A DNA stretch of 64,000 nucleotides from assembly GCF_009914755.1 (NCBI RefSeq), contig NC_060933.1; one strand, written 5' to 3'. A model generated the notes under the pieces. It saw only the letters and a list, made by a program, of their open reading frames with translations. It searched no databases and was not told where the DNA came from. Positions 1-14,049 of this stretch are shown here, one piece after another. Each line of letters starts with the position of its first letter. The first letter of the stretch is position 1. The DNA comes from the human T2T-CHM13v2.0 reference genome, Homo sapiens. The translations under genes were made by a program, and so were the position numbers.

Positions 1-3000
1 TCCATTCCATTCCATTCCATTCTATTCCATTCCATTGCAATCGAGTTGAATCCATTGCATTTCATTCCATTCCACTCCATTCCATTCCATTCCGGAAGAT
101 CCCATTCCATTGCATTCCATTCCATTCCATTCCTCTGCACTCGCGTTGATTCCATTCCATTCCATTCTATTCCGGAAGATTCCATTCCATTGCATTCCAT
201 TCCATTCTATTCGATTGCAATCGAGTTGATTCCATTCCATTCCATTCCATTCCATTCCATTCCTTTCCATTCCATTACGGATGATTCCATTCCATTGCAT
301 TCCATTCCATTCCATTCCCCTGTACTCGGGTTGATTCCATTCCATTCCATTCCAATCCATGCCATTCCACTCGTGTTGATTCCATTCTTTCCATTCCATT
401 CAAGTTGAATCCATTCCATTGCATTCCATTCCATTCGATTACATTCGATTGCACTCGGTTTGATTCCATTCCATTGCATTCCATTCCATTCCATTACATT
501 CCATTCCATTCCGTTCCATTCCATTTCATTACTTTCAGATTGATTCTATTCAATTCCCTTACACTCCATTATATTCCAATCCATTCTGGTTGTCTCCATT
601 CCATTCCATTCCATTTCACTCCATTCCATTTCACTCGGGTTGATTTCATTCCATTCCATTCCATTGCATTCCATTCCATTCCATTCCATTCCATTCCATT
701 CCATTTCGTTCCATTCCATTCTATTCCGTATCATTCCATTCCATTCCATTCCATTCCATTCCATTCCATTCCATTCCATTCCATTCCATTCCATTTCGTT
801 CCATTCCATTCTATTCCGTATCATTCCATTCCATTCCATTCCATTCCATTCCATTCCATTCCATTCCTTTCCGTTCCAGTCCATTCCATTCCATTCCATT
901 CCATTCCATTCCGTTCCGTTCCGTTCCGTTCCATTCCATTCCATTCCATTCTATTCGGGTTAATTCCAATCCATTCCATTCCATTGCACTCGGGTTGATT
1001 CCATTCCATTCCATTCCATTCCATTCCATTCCGGATGATTCCATTCCATTTCATTCCCCTGCACTCGCGTTGATTCCATTCCATTCCATTCCATTCCATT
1101 CCGTTCCGTTCCGTTCCATTCCATTCCATTCCATTCCATTCCGTTCTTTTCCATTCCATTCCATTCCATTCTATTCGGGATAATTCCATTCCATTCCATT
1201 CGATTGCAGTCGTGTTGATTCCATTCCATTCCATTCCATTCCATTCCATTCCATTCCTTTCCATTCCATTACGGATGATGCCATTCCATTGCATTCCATT
1301 CCATTCCATTCCCCTGTACTCGGGTTGATTCCATTCCATTGCATTCCAATCCATGCCCTTCCACTCGTGTTGATTCCATTCTTTCCATTCCATTCAAGTT
1401 GAATCAATTCCATTGCATTCCATTCCATTCGATTCCATTCGATTGCACTCGGGTTGATTCCATTCCACTGCATTCCATTCCACTCCATTCCATTGCACTC
1501 GGGTTTATTCCATTCCATTCCATTCCATTCCATTCAAATCCATTCCATTCCGGAAGATTCCATTCCATTGCTTTCCATTCCATTCCATTCCTCTGCACTC
1601 GCGTTGATTCCATTCCATTCCATTCCATTCCGTTCCATTCCATTCCATTCCATTCCTTTCCGTTCCATTCCATTCCATTCCATTCCATTCCATTCCATTC
1701 CATTCCGTTCCGTTCCGTTCCGTTCCATTCCATTCCATTCCATTCTATTCGGGTTAATTCCATTCTATTCCATTCCATTCCATTCCATTCCAGACGAGTT
1801 GATTCCATTCCATTCCATTCCATTCCATTCCACTCCATTCCAGTCCTTTCCATTCCATTCCACTCGGGTTGATTCCAATGTATTCCTTTCCATTCCATTC
1901 CATTCCTTTCCATTCCACTCGAATAGATTCCCTCCTATTCCACTCGGAACGATTCCATTCCATTCCATTCCATTCCATTCCATTCCATTCCATTCAATTC
2001 CATTTAGTTCCATTCCATTCTATTCCGTATCATTCCATTCCATTCCATTCCATTCCATTCCATTCCATTCCACTCGTGTTGATTCCATTCCTTTCCATTC
2101 CATTCGGTTTGAAGGCATTCCATTCCATTCCATTCCATTCCATTCCATTCCATTCCATTCCGGAAGATTCCATTCCATTGCATTCCATTCCATTCCATTC
2201 CCCTGCACTCGCGTTGATTCCATTCCATTCCATTCTATTCCATTCCATTCCCTTCCTTTCCGTTCCATTCCATTCCATTCCATTCCATTCCATTCCATTC
2301 CGTTCCTTTCCATTCCATTCCATTCCATTCTATTCGGGTTAATTCCATTCCATTCCATTCGATTGCAATCGAGTTGATTCCATTCCATTCCATTCCATTC
2401 CATTCCATTCCATTCCATTCCATTCCATTTGGATTGATTCTATTCAATTCCCTTACACTCCATTACATTCAATTCAATTCGGGTAGTTTCCATTCCATTC
2501 CATTCCATTCCTCTCCATTCCTTTGCACTCGGGTTGATTCCATTCCATTCCATTCCATTCCATTCCATTCCATTACATTCCATTCCATTCCGTTCCATTG
2601 TACTCGGGTTGATTCCATTCCATTGCATTCCATTCCATTCCATTCCATTCCATTCCATACCATTCCGTTCCATTCCATTACATTCAGATTGATTCTATTC
2701 AACTCCCTTACTCTCCATTACATTCCATTCCATTCGGGTTGTTCCATTCCATTCCATTCCATTCCATTCCATTCCATTCCATTCCATTCCATGGCACTCG
2801 GGTTGATTCCATTCCATTCCATTCCATTCCATTCCATTCCATTCCATTCCGGATGATTCCATTCCATTGCATTCCGTTCCATTACATTCCCCTGCACTCG
2901 CGTTGATTCCATTCCATTCCATTCCATTCCATTCAATTCCATTCCATTTCAATTCGTTCCATTCCATTCTATTCCATACCATTGCATTCCATTCCTTACC

Positions 3001-5180
3001 ATTCCATTCCATTCCATTCCGTTCCATTCCATTCCATTCCATTCCATTCCATTCTATTCCATTCCATTGCAATCGAGTTGAATCCATTGCATTTCATTCC
3101 ATTCCACTCCATTCCATTCCATTCCGGAAGATCCCATTCCATTGCATTCCATTCCATTCCATTCCTCTGCACTCGCGTTGATTCCATTCCATTCCATTCT
3201 ATTCCGGAAGATTCCATTCCATTGCATTCCATTCCATTCTATTCGATTGCAATCGAGTTGATTCCATTCCATTCCATTCCATTCCATTCCATTCCTTTCC
3301 ATTCCATTACGGATGATTCCATTCCATTGCATTCCATTCCATTCCATTCCCCTGTACTCGGGTTGATTCCATTCCATTCCATTCCAATCCATGCCATTCC
3401 ACTCGTGTTGATTCCATTCTTTCCATTCCATTCAAGTTGAATCCATTCCATTGCATTCCATTCCATTCGATTACATTCGATTGCACTCGGTTTGATTCCA
3501 TTCCATTGCATTCCATTCCATTCCATTACATTCCATTCCATTCCGTTCCATTCCATTTCATTACTTTCAGATTGATTCTATTCAATTCCCTTACACTCCA
3601 TTATATTCCAATCCATTCTGGTTGTCTCCATTACATTCCATTCCATTTCACTCCATTCCATTTCACTCGGGTTGATTCCATTCCATTCCATTCCATTGCA
3701 TTCCATTCCATTCCATTCCATTCCATTCCATTCCATTTCGTTCCATTCCATTCTATTCCGTATCATTCCATTCCATTCCATTCCATTCCATTCCATTCCA
3801 TTCCATTCCATTTCGTTCCATTCCATTCTATTCCGTATCATTCCATTCCATTCCATTCCATTCCATTCCATTCCATTCCATTCCTTTCCGTTCCATTCCA
3901 TTCCATTCCATTCCATTCCATTCCATTCCGTTCCGTTCCGTTCCGTTCCATTCCATTCCATTCCATTCTATTCGGGTTAATTCCAATCCATTCCATTCCA
4001 TTGCACTCGGGTTGATTCCATTCCATTCCATTCCATTCCATTCCATTCCGGATGATTCCATTCCATTTCATTCCCCTGCACTCGCGTTGATTCCATTCCA
4101 TTCCATTCCATTCCATTCCGTTCCGTTCCGTTCCATTCCATTCCATTCCATTCCATTCCGTTCTGTTCCATTCCATTCCATTCCATTCTATTCGGGATAA
4201 TTCCATTCCATTCCATTCGATTGCAGTCGTGTTGATTCCATTCCATTCCATTCCATTCCATTCCTTTCCATTCCATTACGGATGATGCCATTCCATTGCA
4301 TTCCATTCCATTCCATTCCCCTGTACTCGGGTTGATTCCATTCCATTGCATTCCAATCCATGCCCTTCCACTCGTGTTGATTCCATTCTTTCCATTCCAT
4401 TCAAGTTGAATCCATTCCATTGCATTCCATTCCATTCGATTCCATTCGATTGCACTCGGGTTGATTCCATTCCACTGCATTCCATTCCACTCCATTCCAT
4501 TGCACTCGGGTTTATTCCATTCCATTCCATTCCATTCCATTCAAATCCATTCCATTCCGGAAGATTCCATTCCATTGCTTTCCATTCCAATCCATTCCTC
4601 TGCACTCGCGTTGATTCCATTCCATTCCATTGCATTCCGTTCCATTCCATTCCATTCCATTCCTTTCCGTTCCATTCCATTCCATTCCATTCCATTCCAT
4701 TCCATTCCATTCCGTTCCGTTCCGTTCCGTTCCGTTCCGTTCCATTCCATTCCATTCCATTCTATTCGGGTTAATTCCATTCTATTCCATTCCATTCCAT
4801 TCCATTCCAGTCGAGTTGATTCCATTCCATTCCATTCCATTCCATTCCACTCCATTCCAGTCCTTTCCATTCCATTCCACTCGGGTTGATTCCAATGTAT
4901 TCCTTTCCATTCCATTCCATTCCTTTCCATTCCACTCGAATAGATTCCCTCCTATTCCACTCGGAACGATTCCATTCCATTCCATTCCATTCCATTCCAT
5001 TCCATTCCATTCAATTCCATTTCGTTCCATTCCATTCTATTCCGTATCATTCCATTCCATTCCATTCCATTCCATTCCATTCCATTCCACTCGTGTTGAT
5101 TCCATTCCTTTCCATTCCATTCGGTTTGAAGGCATTCCATTCCATTCCATTCCATTCCATTCCATTCCATTCCATTCCAT
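1..5180 (+). repeat. Near-identical ~3.02-3.03 kb tandem duplication (1-~2160 repeated at ~3033-5180; first copy probably extends left of the window)
   Basis: Identical translated ORFs at 22..399 and 3054..3431 and at 207..524 and 3239..3556 (offset 3032); near-identical 1754..1993 vs 4771..5010 (offset 3017). Shared private variants: GGAAGATCCC, TTACTTTCAG, GGGATAATT, GATGATGCC, TTCAAATCC, CGAATAGATT. Similarity ends after GGTTTGAAGGC (~2110 / ~5125). Confidence 0.9.
169..183. promoter_or_regulatory. Perfect three-pentamer heat-shock element motif aTTCc-gGAAg-aTTCc (first of ~45 copies; motif match only)
   Basis: ATTCCGGAAGATTCC matches nTTCnnGAAnnTTCn exactly. The sequence match is certain; binding or function is not shown. 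Confidence 0.5.
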
Positions 5181-8100
5181 TGTACTCGGGTTGATTGCAT
5201 TCCATTGCATTCCATTCCATTCCATTCAATTCCATTCCGTTGCATTCCATTCCATTACATTCGGATTGATTCCATTCAACTCCCTTACTCTGCATTACAT
5301 TACATTCCATTCGGGTTGTTCCATTACATTCCATTCCAATCCATTCCATTGCACTCGGGTTGATTCCATTCCATTCCATTCCATTCCATTCCATTCCATT
5401 CCATTCCGGATGATTCCATTCCATTGCATTCCGTTCCATTACATTCCCCTGCACTCGCGATGATTCCATTCCATTCCATTCAATTCCATTCCATTACAAT
5501 TCTTTACATTCCATTCTATTCCGTACCATTCCATTCCATTCCATACCATTCCATTCCATTCCATTCCATTCCATTCCATTCCATTCCGTTCCATTCAGTT
5601 CCATTGCATTCCATTCCATTCTATTCGGGTTAATTCCATTCCATTCCATTCAATTCCATTCTATTCCATTCCATTGCAATCGAGTTGAATCCATTGCATT
5701 GCATTCCATTCCATTCCATTCCATTCCATTCCATTCCATTCCGGAAGATTCCATTCCATTGCATTCCATTCCATTCCATTCCCCTGCACTCGCGTTGATT
5801 CCTTTCCATTCCATTCCATTCCATTCCGTTCCGTTCCATTCCATTCCATTCCATTCCATTCCATTCCGTTCCTTTCCATTCCATTCCATTCCATTCTATT
5901 CGGGTTAATTCCATTCCATTCCATTCGATTGCAATCGTGTTGAATCCATTCCATTGCATTCCATTCCATTCGATTCCATTCGATTGCACTCGGGTTGATT
6001 CCATTCCATTGCATTCCATTCCATTCCATTCCATTCCATTCCATTCCATTCCATTCCATTCCATTCCATTCAGTTCCATTCCTTTCCTTTACATTCGGAT
6101 TGATTGTATTCAATTCCCTTACACTCCATTACATTCCACTCCATTCGGGTAGTTTCCACTCCATTCCATTCCATTCCTCTCCATTCCATTGCACTCGGGT
6201 TGATTCCATTCCATTGCATTCCATTCCATTCCATTCAATTCCATTCCGTTCCATTCCATTCCATTACATTCGGATTGATTCTATTCAACTCCCTTACTCT
6301 CCATTACATTCGATTCCATTCGGGTTGTTCCATTCCATTCCATTCCATTCCACTCCATTGCATTGCACTCGGGTTGATTCCATTCCATTCCATCCCATTC
6401 CATTCCGGAAGATTCCATTCCATTGCATTCCATTACATTCCATTCCCCTGCACTCGCGTTGATTCCATTCCATTCCATTCCATTGCATTCCATTCCATTC
6501 CATTCCATTCCATTCCGTTGCATTCCATTCCATTCCATTCTATTCCGTACCATTCCATTCCATTCCATACCATTCCATTCCATTCCATTCCATTCCGTTC
6601 CATTCCGTTCCATTCCATTCCATTCCATTCTATTCGGATTAATTCCATTCCATTCCATTCCATTCCATTCTGTTCCATTCCATTGCAATCGAGTTGAATC
6701 CAGTGCATTTCATTCCATTCCATTCCATTCCATTCCATTCCGGAAGATTCCATTACATTGCATTCCATTCCATTACATTCCCCTGCACTCACGTTGATTC
6801 CATTCCATTCCATTCCATTCCATTCCGTTCCGTTCCGTTCCATTCCATTCCATTCCATTCCATTCCATTCCATTCCATTCCGTTCCGTTGCATTCCATTA
6901 CATTCCATTCCATTCTATTCGGGTTAATTCCATTCCATTCCATTCGATTGCAATCGAGTTGATTCCATTCCATTCCATTCCATTCCATTCCTTTCCATTC
7001 CATTACGGATGATTCCATTCCATTGCATTCCATTCCATTCCATTCTCCTGTACTCGGGTTGATTCCATTCCATTCCATTCCAATCCATGCCATTCCACTC
7101 GTGTTGATTCCATTCTTTCCATTCCATTCAAGTTGAATCCATTCCATTGCATTCCATTCCATTCGCTTCCATTCTATGGCACTCGGGTTGATTCCATGGC
7201 ATTGCATTGCATTCCATTCCATTCCATTCCATTCCATTCCATTCCATTCCGTTCCATTCCGTTCCATTCCATTCCATTCCATTCTATTCGGGTTAATTCC
7301 ATTCCATTCCATTCCATTCCATTCTATTCCATTCCATTGCAATCGAGTTGAATCCATTGCAGTTCATTCCATTCCATTCCATTCCATTCCATTCCGGAAG
7401 ATTCCATTCCATTGCATTCCACTCTATTCCATTCCCCTGCAGTCGCGTTTATTCCATTCCATTCCATTCCATTCCATCCATTCCGTTCTGTTCCGTTCCA
7501 TTCCATTCCATTCCATTCCATTCCATTGCATGCCGTTCCGTTCCATTCCATTCCATTCCATTCCATTCTATTCTGATTAATTCCATTCCATTCCATCCGA
7601 TTGCAATCGAGTTGAATTCCATTCCATTCCATTCCATTGCATTCCATTCCATTCCATCCCCCTGTACTCGGGTTGATTCCATTCCATTCCATTCCAATCC
7701 ATGCCATTCCACTCGTGTTTATTCCATTCTTTCCATTCCATTCAAGTTGAATCCATTCCATTGCATTCCATTCCATTCGATTCCATTCGATTGCACTCGG
7801 GTTGATTCCATTCCATTGCATTCCATTCCATTCCATTCCATTCCATTCCATTCCGTTCCATTCCATTCCTTTACATTCGGATTGATTCTATTCAATTCCC
7901 TTACACTCCATTCCATTCCATTCCATTCGGGTAGTTTCCGTTCCATTCCATTCCATTCCTCTCCATTCCATTGCACTAGGGTTGATTCCATTGCATTGCA
8001 TTCCATTCCATTCCATTCAATTCCATTCCGTTCCATTCCATTCCATTACATTCGGATTGATTCTATTCAACTCCCTTACTCTCCATTACATTCCATTCCA

Positions 8101-8589
8101 TTCGGGTTGTTCCATTCCATTCCATTCCATTCCAGTCCATTCCATTGCACTCGGGTTTATTCCATTCCATTCCATTCCATTCCATTCCGGAAGATTCCAT
8201 TCCATTGCATTCCATTCCATTCCATTCCCCTGCACTCGCGTTGATTCCATTCCATTCCATTCCATTCCATTCCATTCCATTCCATTCCTTTCCGTTCCAT
8301 TCCATTCCATTCCATTCCATTCCAATCCATTCCATTCCTTTCCGTTCCGTTCCATTCCATTCCATTCCATTTTATTCGGGGTAATTGCATTCCATTCCAT
8401 TCGATTGCAATCGAGTTGATTCCATTCCATTCCATTCCATTCCATTCCATTCCATTCCATTCCGTTACGGATGATTCCATTCCATTGCATTCCATTCCAT
8501 TCCATTCCCCTGTACTCGTGTTGATTCCATTCCATTCCATTCCAATCCATGCCATTCCACTCGTGTTGATTCCATTCTTTCCATTCCAT

Positions 8590-11500
8590 TCAAGTTGAAT
8601 CCATTCCGTTGCATTCCATTCCATTCCATTCCCCTGCAGTCGGGTTGTTTCCATTCCATTCCATTCCATTCCATTCCATTCCATTCCATTCCGTTCTGTT
8701 CCGTTCCATTCCATTCCATTCTATTCGGATTAATTCCATTCCAATCCATTCCATTCCATTCCATTCCAATCGAGTTGATTCCATTCCATTCCATTCCATT
8801 CCATTCCACTCCATTCCATTCCTTTCCATTCCATTCCACTCGGGTTGATTCCAATGTATTCCTTTCCATTCCATTCCATTCCATTGCAATCGAGTTGATT
8901 CCATTGCTTTGCATTCCATTCCATTCCATTCCATTCCGGATGATTCCATTCCATTGCATTCCATTCCATTCCATTCCCCTGCACTCGGGTTGATTCCATT
9001 CCATTCCTCTCCATTCCGTTCCATTGCATTCCATTGCATTGTATTCGGGTTAATTCCATTGCATTCCATTCCATTCCATTCCATTCCATTACAATCGAGT
9101 TGATTCCATTCCATTCCATTCCATTCCAGTCCTTTCCATTCCATTCCTCTCGGGTTGATTCCATTCTATTAGTTTCCATTCCATTCCATTCCCTTCCATT
9201 CCACTCAGGTTTTTTCCATTCCTTTCCATTCCACTCGAATACATTCCCTCCTATTCCACTCAGAACGATTCCATTCCATTCCATTCCATTCCATTCCATT
9301 TCGTTCCATTCCATTCTATTCCGTATCATTCCATTCCATTCCATTCCATTCCATTCCATTCCATTCCAATCCATTCCATTGTACTCGGGTTGATTCAATT
9401 CCATTGCATGCCATTCCATTCCATTCCATTCCATTCCGTTGCATTCCATTCCATTACATTCGGATTGATTCTATTCAACTCCCTTACTCTCCATTACATT
9501 CCATTCCATTCGGGTTGTTCCATTCCATTCCATTCCATTCCACTCCATTCCATTGCACTGGGGTTTATTCCATTCCATTCCATTCCATTCCATTCCATTC
9601 CGGATGATTCCATTCCATTGCATTCCGTTCCATTACATTCCCCTGCACTCGCGTTGATTCCATTCCATTCCATTCCATTCCATTCAATTCCATTCCATTA
9701 CAATCCGTTCCATTCCATTCTATTCCGTACCATTCCATGCCATTCCATACCATTCCATTCCATTCCATTCCATTCCATTCCGTTCCATTCGGTTCCATTC
9801 CGTTCCATTCCATTCCATTACATTCTATTCGAATTAATTCGATTCCATTCCATTCCATTCCATTCTATTCCATTCCATTGCAATCGAGTTGAATCCATTG
9901 CATTTCATTCCATTCCATTCCATTCCATTCCATTCCATTCCGGAAGATTCCATTCCATTGCATTCCATTCCATTCCATTCCCCTGCACTCGCGTTGATTC
10001 CATTCCATTCCATTCCATTCGGTTTAATTCCATTCCATTCCATTCCATTCCATTCCATTCTATTCCATTCCATTGCAATCGAGTTGAATCCATTGCATTC
10101 CATTCCATTCCATTCCATTTCATTCCATTCCGGAAGATTCCATTCCATTGCATTCCATTGCATTCCATTCCATTCCATTCCATTCCATTCCATTCCATTC
10201 CATTGTACTCGGGTTGATTCCATTCCATTGCATTCCATTCCATTCCATTCCATTCCATTCCATTCCATTCCATTCCATTCCGTTCCATTCCATTCCATTA
10301 CATTCGGATTGATTCTTTTCAACTCCCTTACTCTCCATTACATTCCATTCCATTCGGGTTGTTCCATTCCATTCCATTCCATTCCACTCCATTCCATTGC
10401 ACTCGGGTTGATTCCATTCCATTCCATTCCATTCCATTCCATTCCATTCCGGAAGATTCCATTCCATTGCATTCCATTCCATTCCATTCCCCTGCACTCG
10501 CGTTGATTCCATTCCATTCCATTCTATTCCATTCCATTCCCTTCCTTTCCTTTCCATTCCATTCCATTCCATTCCGTTCCGTTCCATTCCATTCCATTCC
10601 ATTCCATTCCGGATGATTCCATTCCATTGCATTCCATTCCATTCCATTCCCCTGTACTCGTGTTGATTCCATTCCATTCCATTCCAATCCATGCCATTCC
10701 ACTCGTGTTGATTCCATTCTTTCCATTCCATTCAAGTTGAATCCATTCCATTGCATTCCATTCCATTCCATTCCCCTGCAGTCGGGTTGTTTCCATTCCA
10801 TTCCATTCCATTCCATTCCATTCCGTTCCGTTCCATTCCATTCCATTCCATTCCATTCGGATTAATTCCATTCCATTCCATTCCATTCCATTCCATTCCA
10901 TTCCATTCCAATCGAGTTGATTCCATTCCATTCCATTCCATTCCATTCCACTCCATTCCAGTCCTTTCCATTCCATTCCACTCGGGTTGATTCCAATGTA
11001 TTCCTTTCCATTCCATTCCATTCCATTGCAATCGAGTTGATTCCATTGCTTTGCATTCCATTCCATTCCATTCCATTCCGGATGATTCCATTCCATTGCA
11101 TTCCATTCCATTCCATTCCCCTGCACTCGGGTTGATTCCATTCGATTCCACTCCATTCCGTTCCATTCCATTCCATTGCATTTTATTCGGGTTAATTCCA
11201 TTCCATTCCATTCCATTCCATTCCATTCCATTCCATTACAATCGAGTTAATTCCATTCCATTCCATTCCATTCCAGTCCTTTCCATTCCATTCCTCTCGG
11301 GTTGATTCCATTCTATTAGTTTCCATTCCATTCCATTCCCTTCCATTCCACTCAGGTTTTTTCCATTCCTTTCCATTCCACTCGAATACATTCCCTCCTA
11401 TTCCACTCAGAACGATTCCATTCCATTCCATTCCATTCCATTCCATTCCATTCCATTTCGTTCTATTCCATTCTATTCCGTATCATTCCATTCCATTCCA

Positions 11501-13000
11501 TTCCATTTCATTCCATTCCATTCCAATCCATTCCATTGTACTCGGGTTGATTCAATTCCATTGCATTCCATTCCATTCCATTCCATTCCATTCCGTTGCA
11601 TTCCATTCCATTACATTCGGATTGATTCTATTCAACTCCCTTACTCTCCATTACATTCCATTCCATTCGGGTTGTTCCATTCCATTCCATTCCATTCCAC
11701 TCCATTCCATTGCACTCGGGTTGATTCCATTCCATTCCATTCCATTCCATTCCATTCCGGAAGATTCCATTCCATTGCATTCCATTCCATTCCATTCCCC
11801 TGCACTTGCGTTGATTCCATTCGATTCCATTCCATTCCATTCCATTCCATTCCATTCCATTCCTTTCCGTTCCATTCCATTCCATTCCATTCCATTCCAA
11901 TCCATTCCATTCCGTTCTGTTCCGTTCCATTCCATTCCATTCCATTCTATTCAGGTTAATTTCATTCCATTCCATTCGATTGCAATCGAGTTGATTCCAT
12001 TCCATTCCATTCCATTCCATTCCATTCCATTCCTTTCCATTCCATTACGGATGATTCCATTCCATTGCATTCCATTCCATTCCATTCCCCTGTACTCGGG
12101 TTGATTCCATTCCATTCCATTCCAATCCATGCCATTCCAATCGTGTTGATTCCATTCTTTCCATTCCATTCAAGTTGAATCCATTCCATTGCATTCCATT
12201 CCATTCCATTCCCCTGCAGTCGGGTTGTTTCCATTCCATTCCATTCCATTCCATTCCATTCCATTCCATTCCGTTCCGTTCCATTCCATTCCATTCCATT
12301 CTATTCGGATTAATTCCATTCCATTCCATTCCATTCCATTCCATTGCAATCGAGTTGATTCCATTGCTTTGCATTCCATTCCATTCCATTCCATTCCGGA
12401 TGATTCCATTCCATTGCATTCCATTCCATTCCATTCCCCTGCACTCGGGTTGATTCCATTCGATTCCACTCCATTCCGTTCCATTCCATTCCATTGCATT
12501 TTATTCGGGTTAATTCCATTCCATTCCATTCCATTCCATTCCATTCCATTACAATCGAGTTGATTCCATTCCATTCCATTCCATTCCAGTCCTTTCCATT
12601 CCATTCCTCTCGGGTTGATTCCATTCTATTAGTTTCCATTCCATTCCATTCCCTTCCATTCCACTCAGGTTTTTTCCATTCCTTTCCATTCCACTCGAAT
12701 ACATTCCCTCCTATTCCACTCAGAACGATTCCATTCCATTCCATTCCATTCCATTCCATTCCATTCCATTTCGTTCCATTCCATTCTATTCCGTATCATT
12801 CCATTCCATTCCATTCCATTCCATTCCATTCCATTGTACTCGGGTTGATTCAATTCCATTGCATTCCATTCCATTCCATTCCTTTCCATTCCGTTGCATT
12901 CCATTCCATTACATTCGGATTGATTGTATTCAACTCCCTTACTCTCCATTACATTCCATTCCATTCGGGTTGTTCCATTCCATTCCATTCCATTCCACTC
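8590..13000 (+). repeat. Three related blocks of unequal length sharing private variants (spacings ~2.15 kb and ~1.31 kb)
   Basis: CCACTCAGGTTTTTTCC at 9201, 11348 and 12661, each followed by CACTCAGAACG. Elsewhere this module usually reads CCACTCTGGTTGATT ... CACTCGGAACG. Confidence 0.8.
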
Positions 13001-14049
13001 CATTCCATTGCAATCGGGTTGATTCCATTCCATTCCATTCCATTCCATTCCATTCCATTCCGGATGATTCCATTCCATTGCATTCCGTTCCATTACATTC
13101 CCCTGCACTCGCGTTGATTCCATTCCATTCCATTCCATTCCATTCAATTCCATTCCATTACAATTCGTTCCATTCCATTCTATTCCGTACCATTCCATTC
13201 CGTTCCATTCCGTTCCATTACATTCCATTCCATTCTATTCGAATTAATTCCATTCCATTCCATTCCATTCCATTCCATTCTATTCCATTCCATTGCAATC
13301 GAGTTGAATCCATTGCATTTCATTCCATTCCATTCCATTCCATTCCATTCCGGAAGATTCCATTCCATTGCATTCCATTCCATTCCATTCCCCTGCACTC
13401 GCGTTGATTCCATTCCATTCCATTCCATTCCATTCCATCCATTCCGTTCCGTTCTGTTCCATTCCATTCCATTCCATTCCATTCCGTTCCGTTGCATTCC
13501 ATTCCATTCCTCTCCATTCCATTGCACTCGGGTTGATTCCATTCCATTGCATTCCATTCCATTCCATTCAATTCCATTCCGTTCCATTCCATTCCATTAC
13601 ATTCGGATTGATTCTATTCAACTCCCTTACTCTCCATTCCATTCCATTCCATTCGGGTTGTTCCATTCCATTCCATTCCATTCCACTCCATTCCATTGCA
13701 CTCGGGTTGATTCCATTCCATTCCATTCCATTCCATTCCATTCCATTCCATTCCGGATGATTCCATTCCATTGCATTCCGTTCCATTACATTCCCCTGCA
13801 CTCGCGTTGATTCCATTCCATTCCATTCCATTCCATTCCATTCAATTCCATTACAATTCGTTCCATTCCATTCTATTCCGTACCATTCCATTCCATTCCA
13901 TACCATTCCATTCCATTCCATTCCATTCCATTCGGTTCCATTCCGTTGCATTCCATTCCATTCCATTCTATTCGAATTAATTCCATTCCATTCCATTCCA
14001 TTCCATTCTATTCCATTCCATTTCAATCGAGTTGAATCCATTGCATTTC

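Noticed and set aside
1941-1960. CACTCGGAACGATTCC as a second HSE-like word, and TTCCGGAA as a STAT GAS site
   Set aside because: In the first, GAA is out of register (spacings of 1 and 3 instead of 2 and 2). The second has TTC-N2-GAA spacing, whereas canonical GAS is N3 (N4 for STAT6).
2431-2460. TGATTCTATTCA / TGATTCAATTC words resembling a DUX4 site
   Set aside because: They lack the terminal TTA of the TGATT-n3-TTA type consensus; not supportable without a PWM scan.
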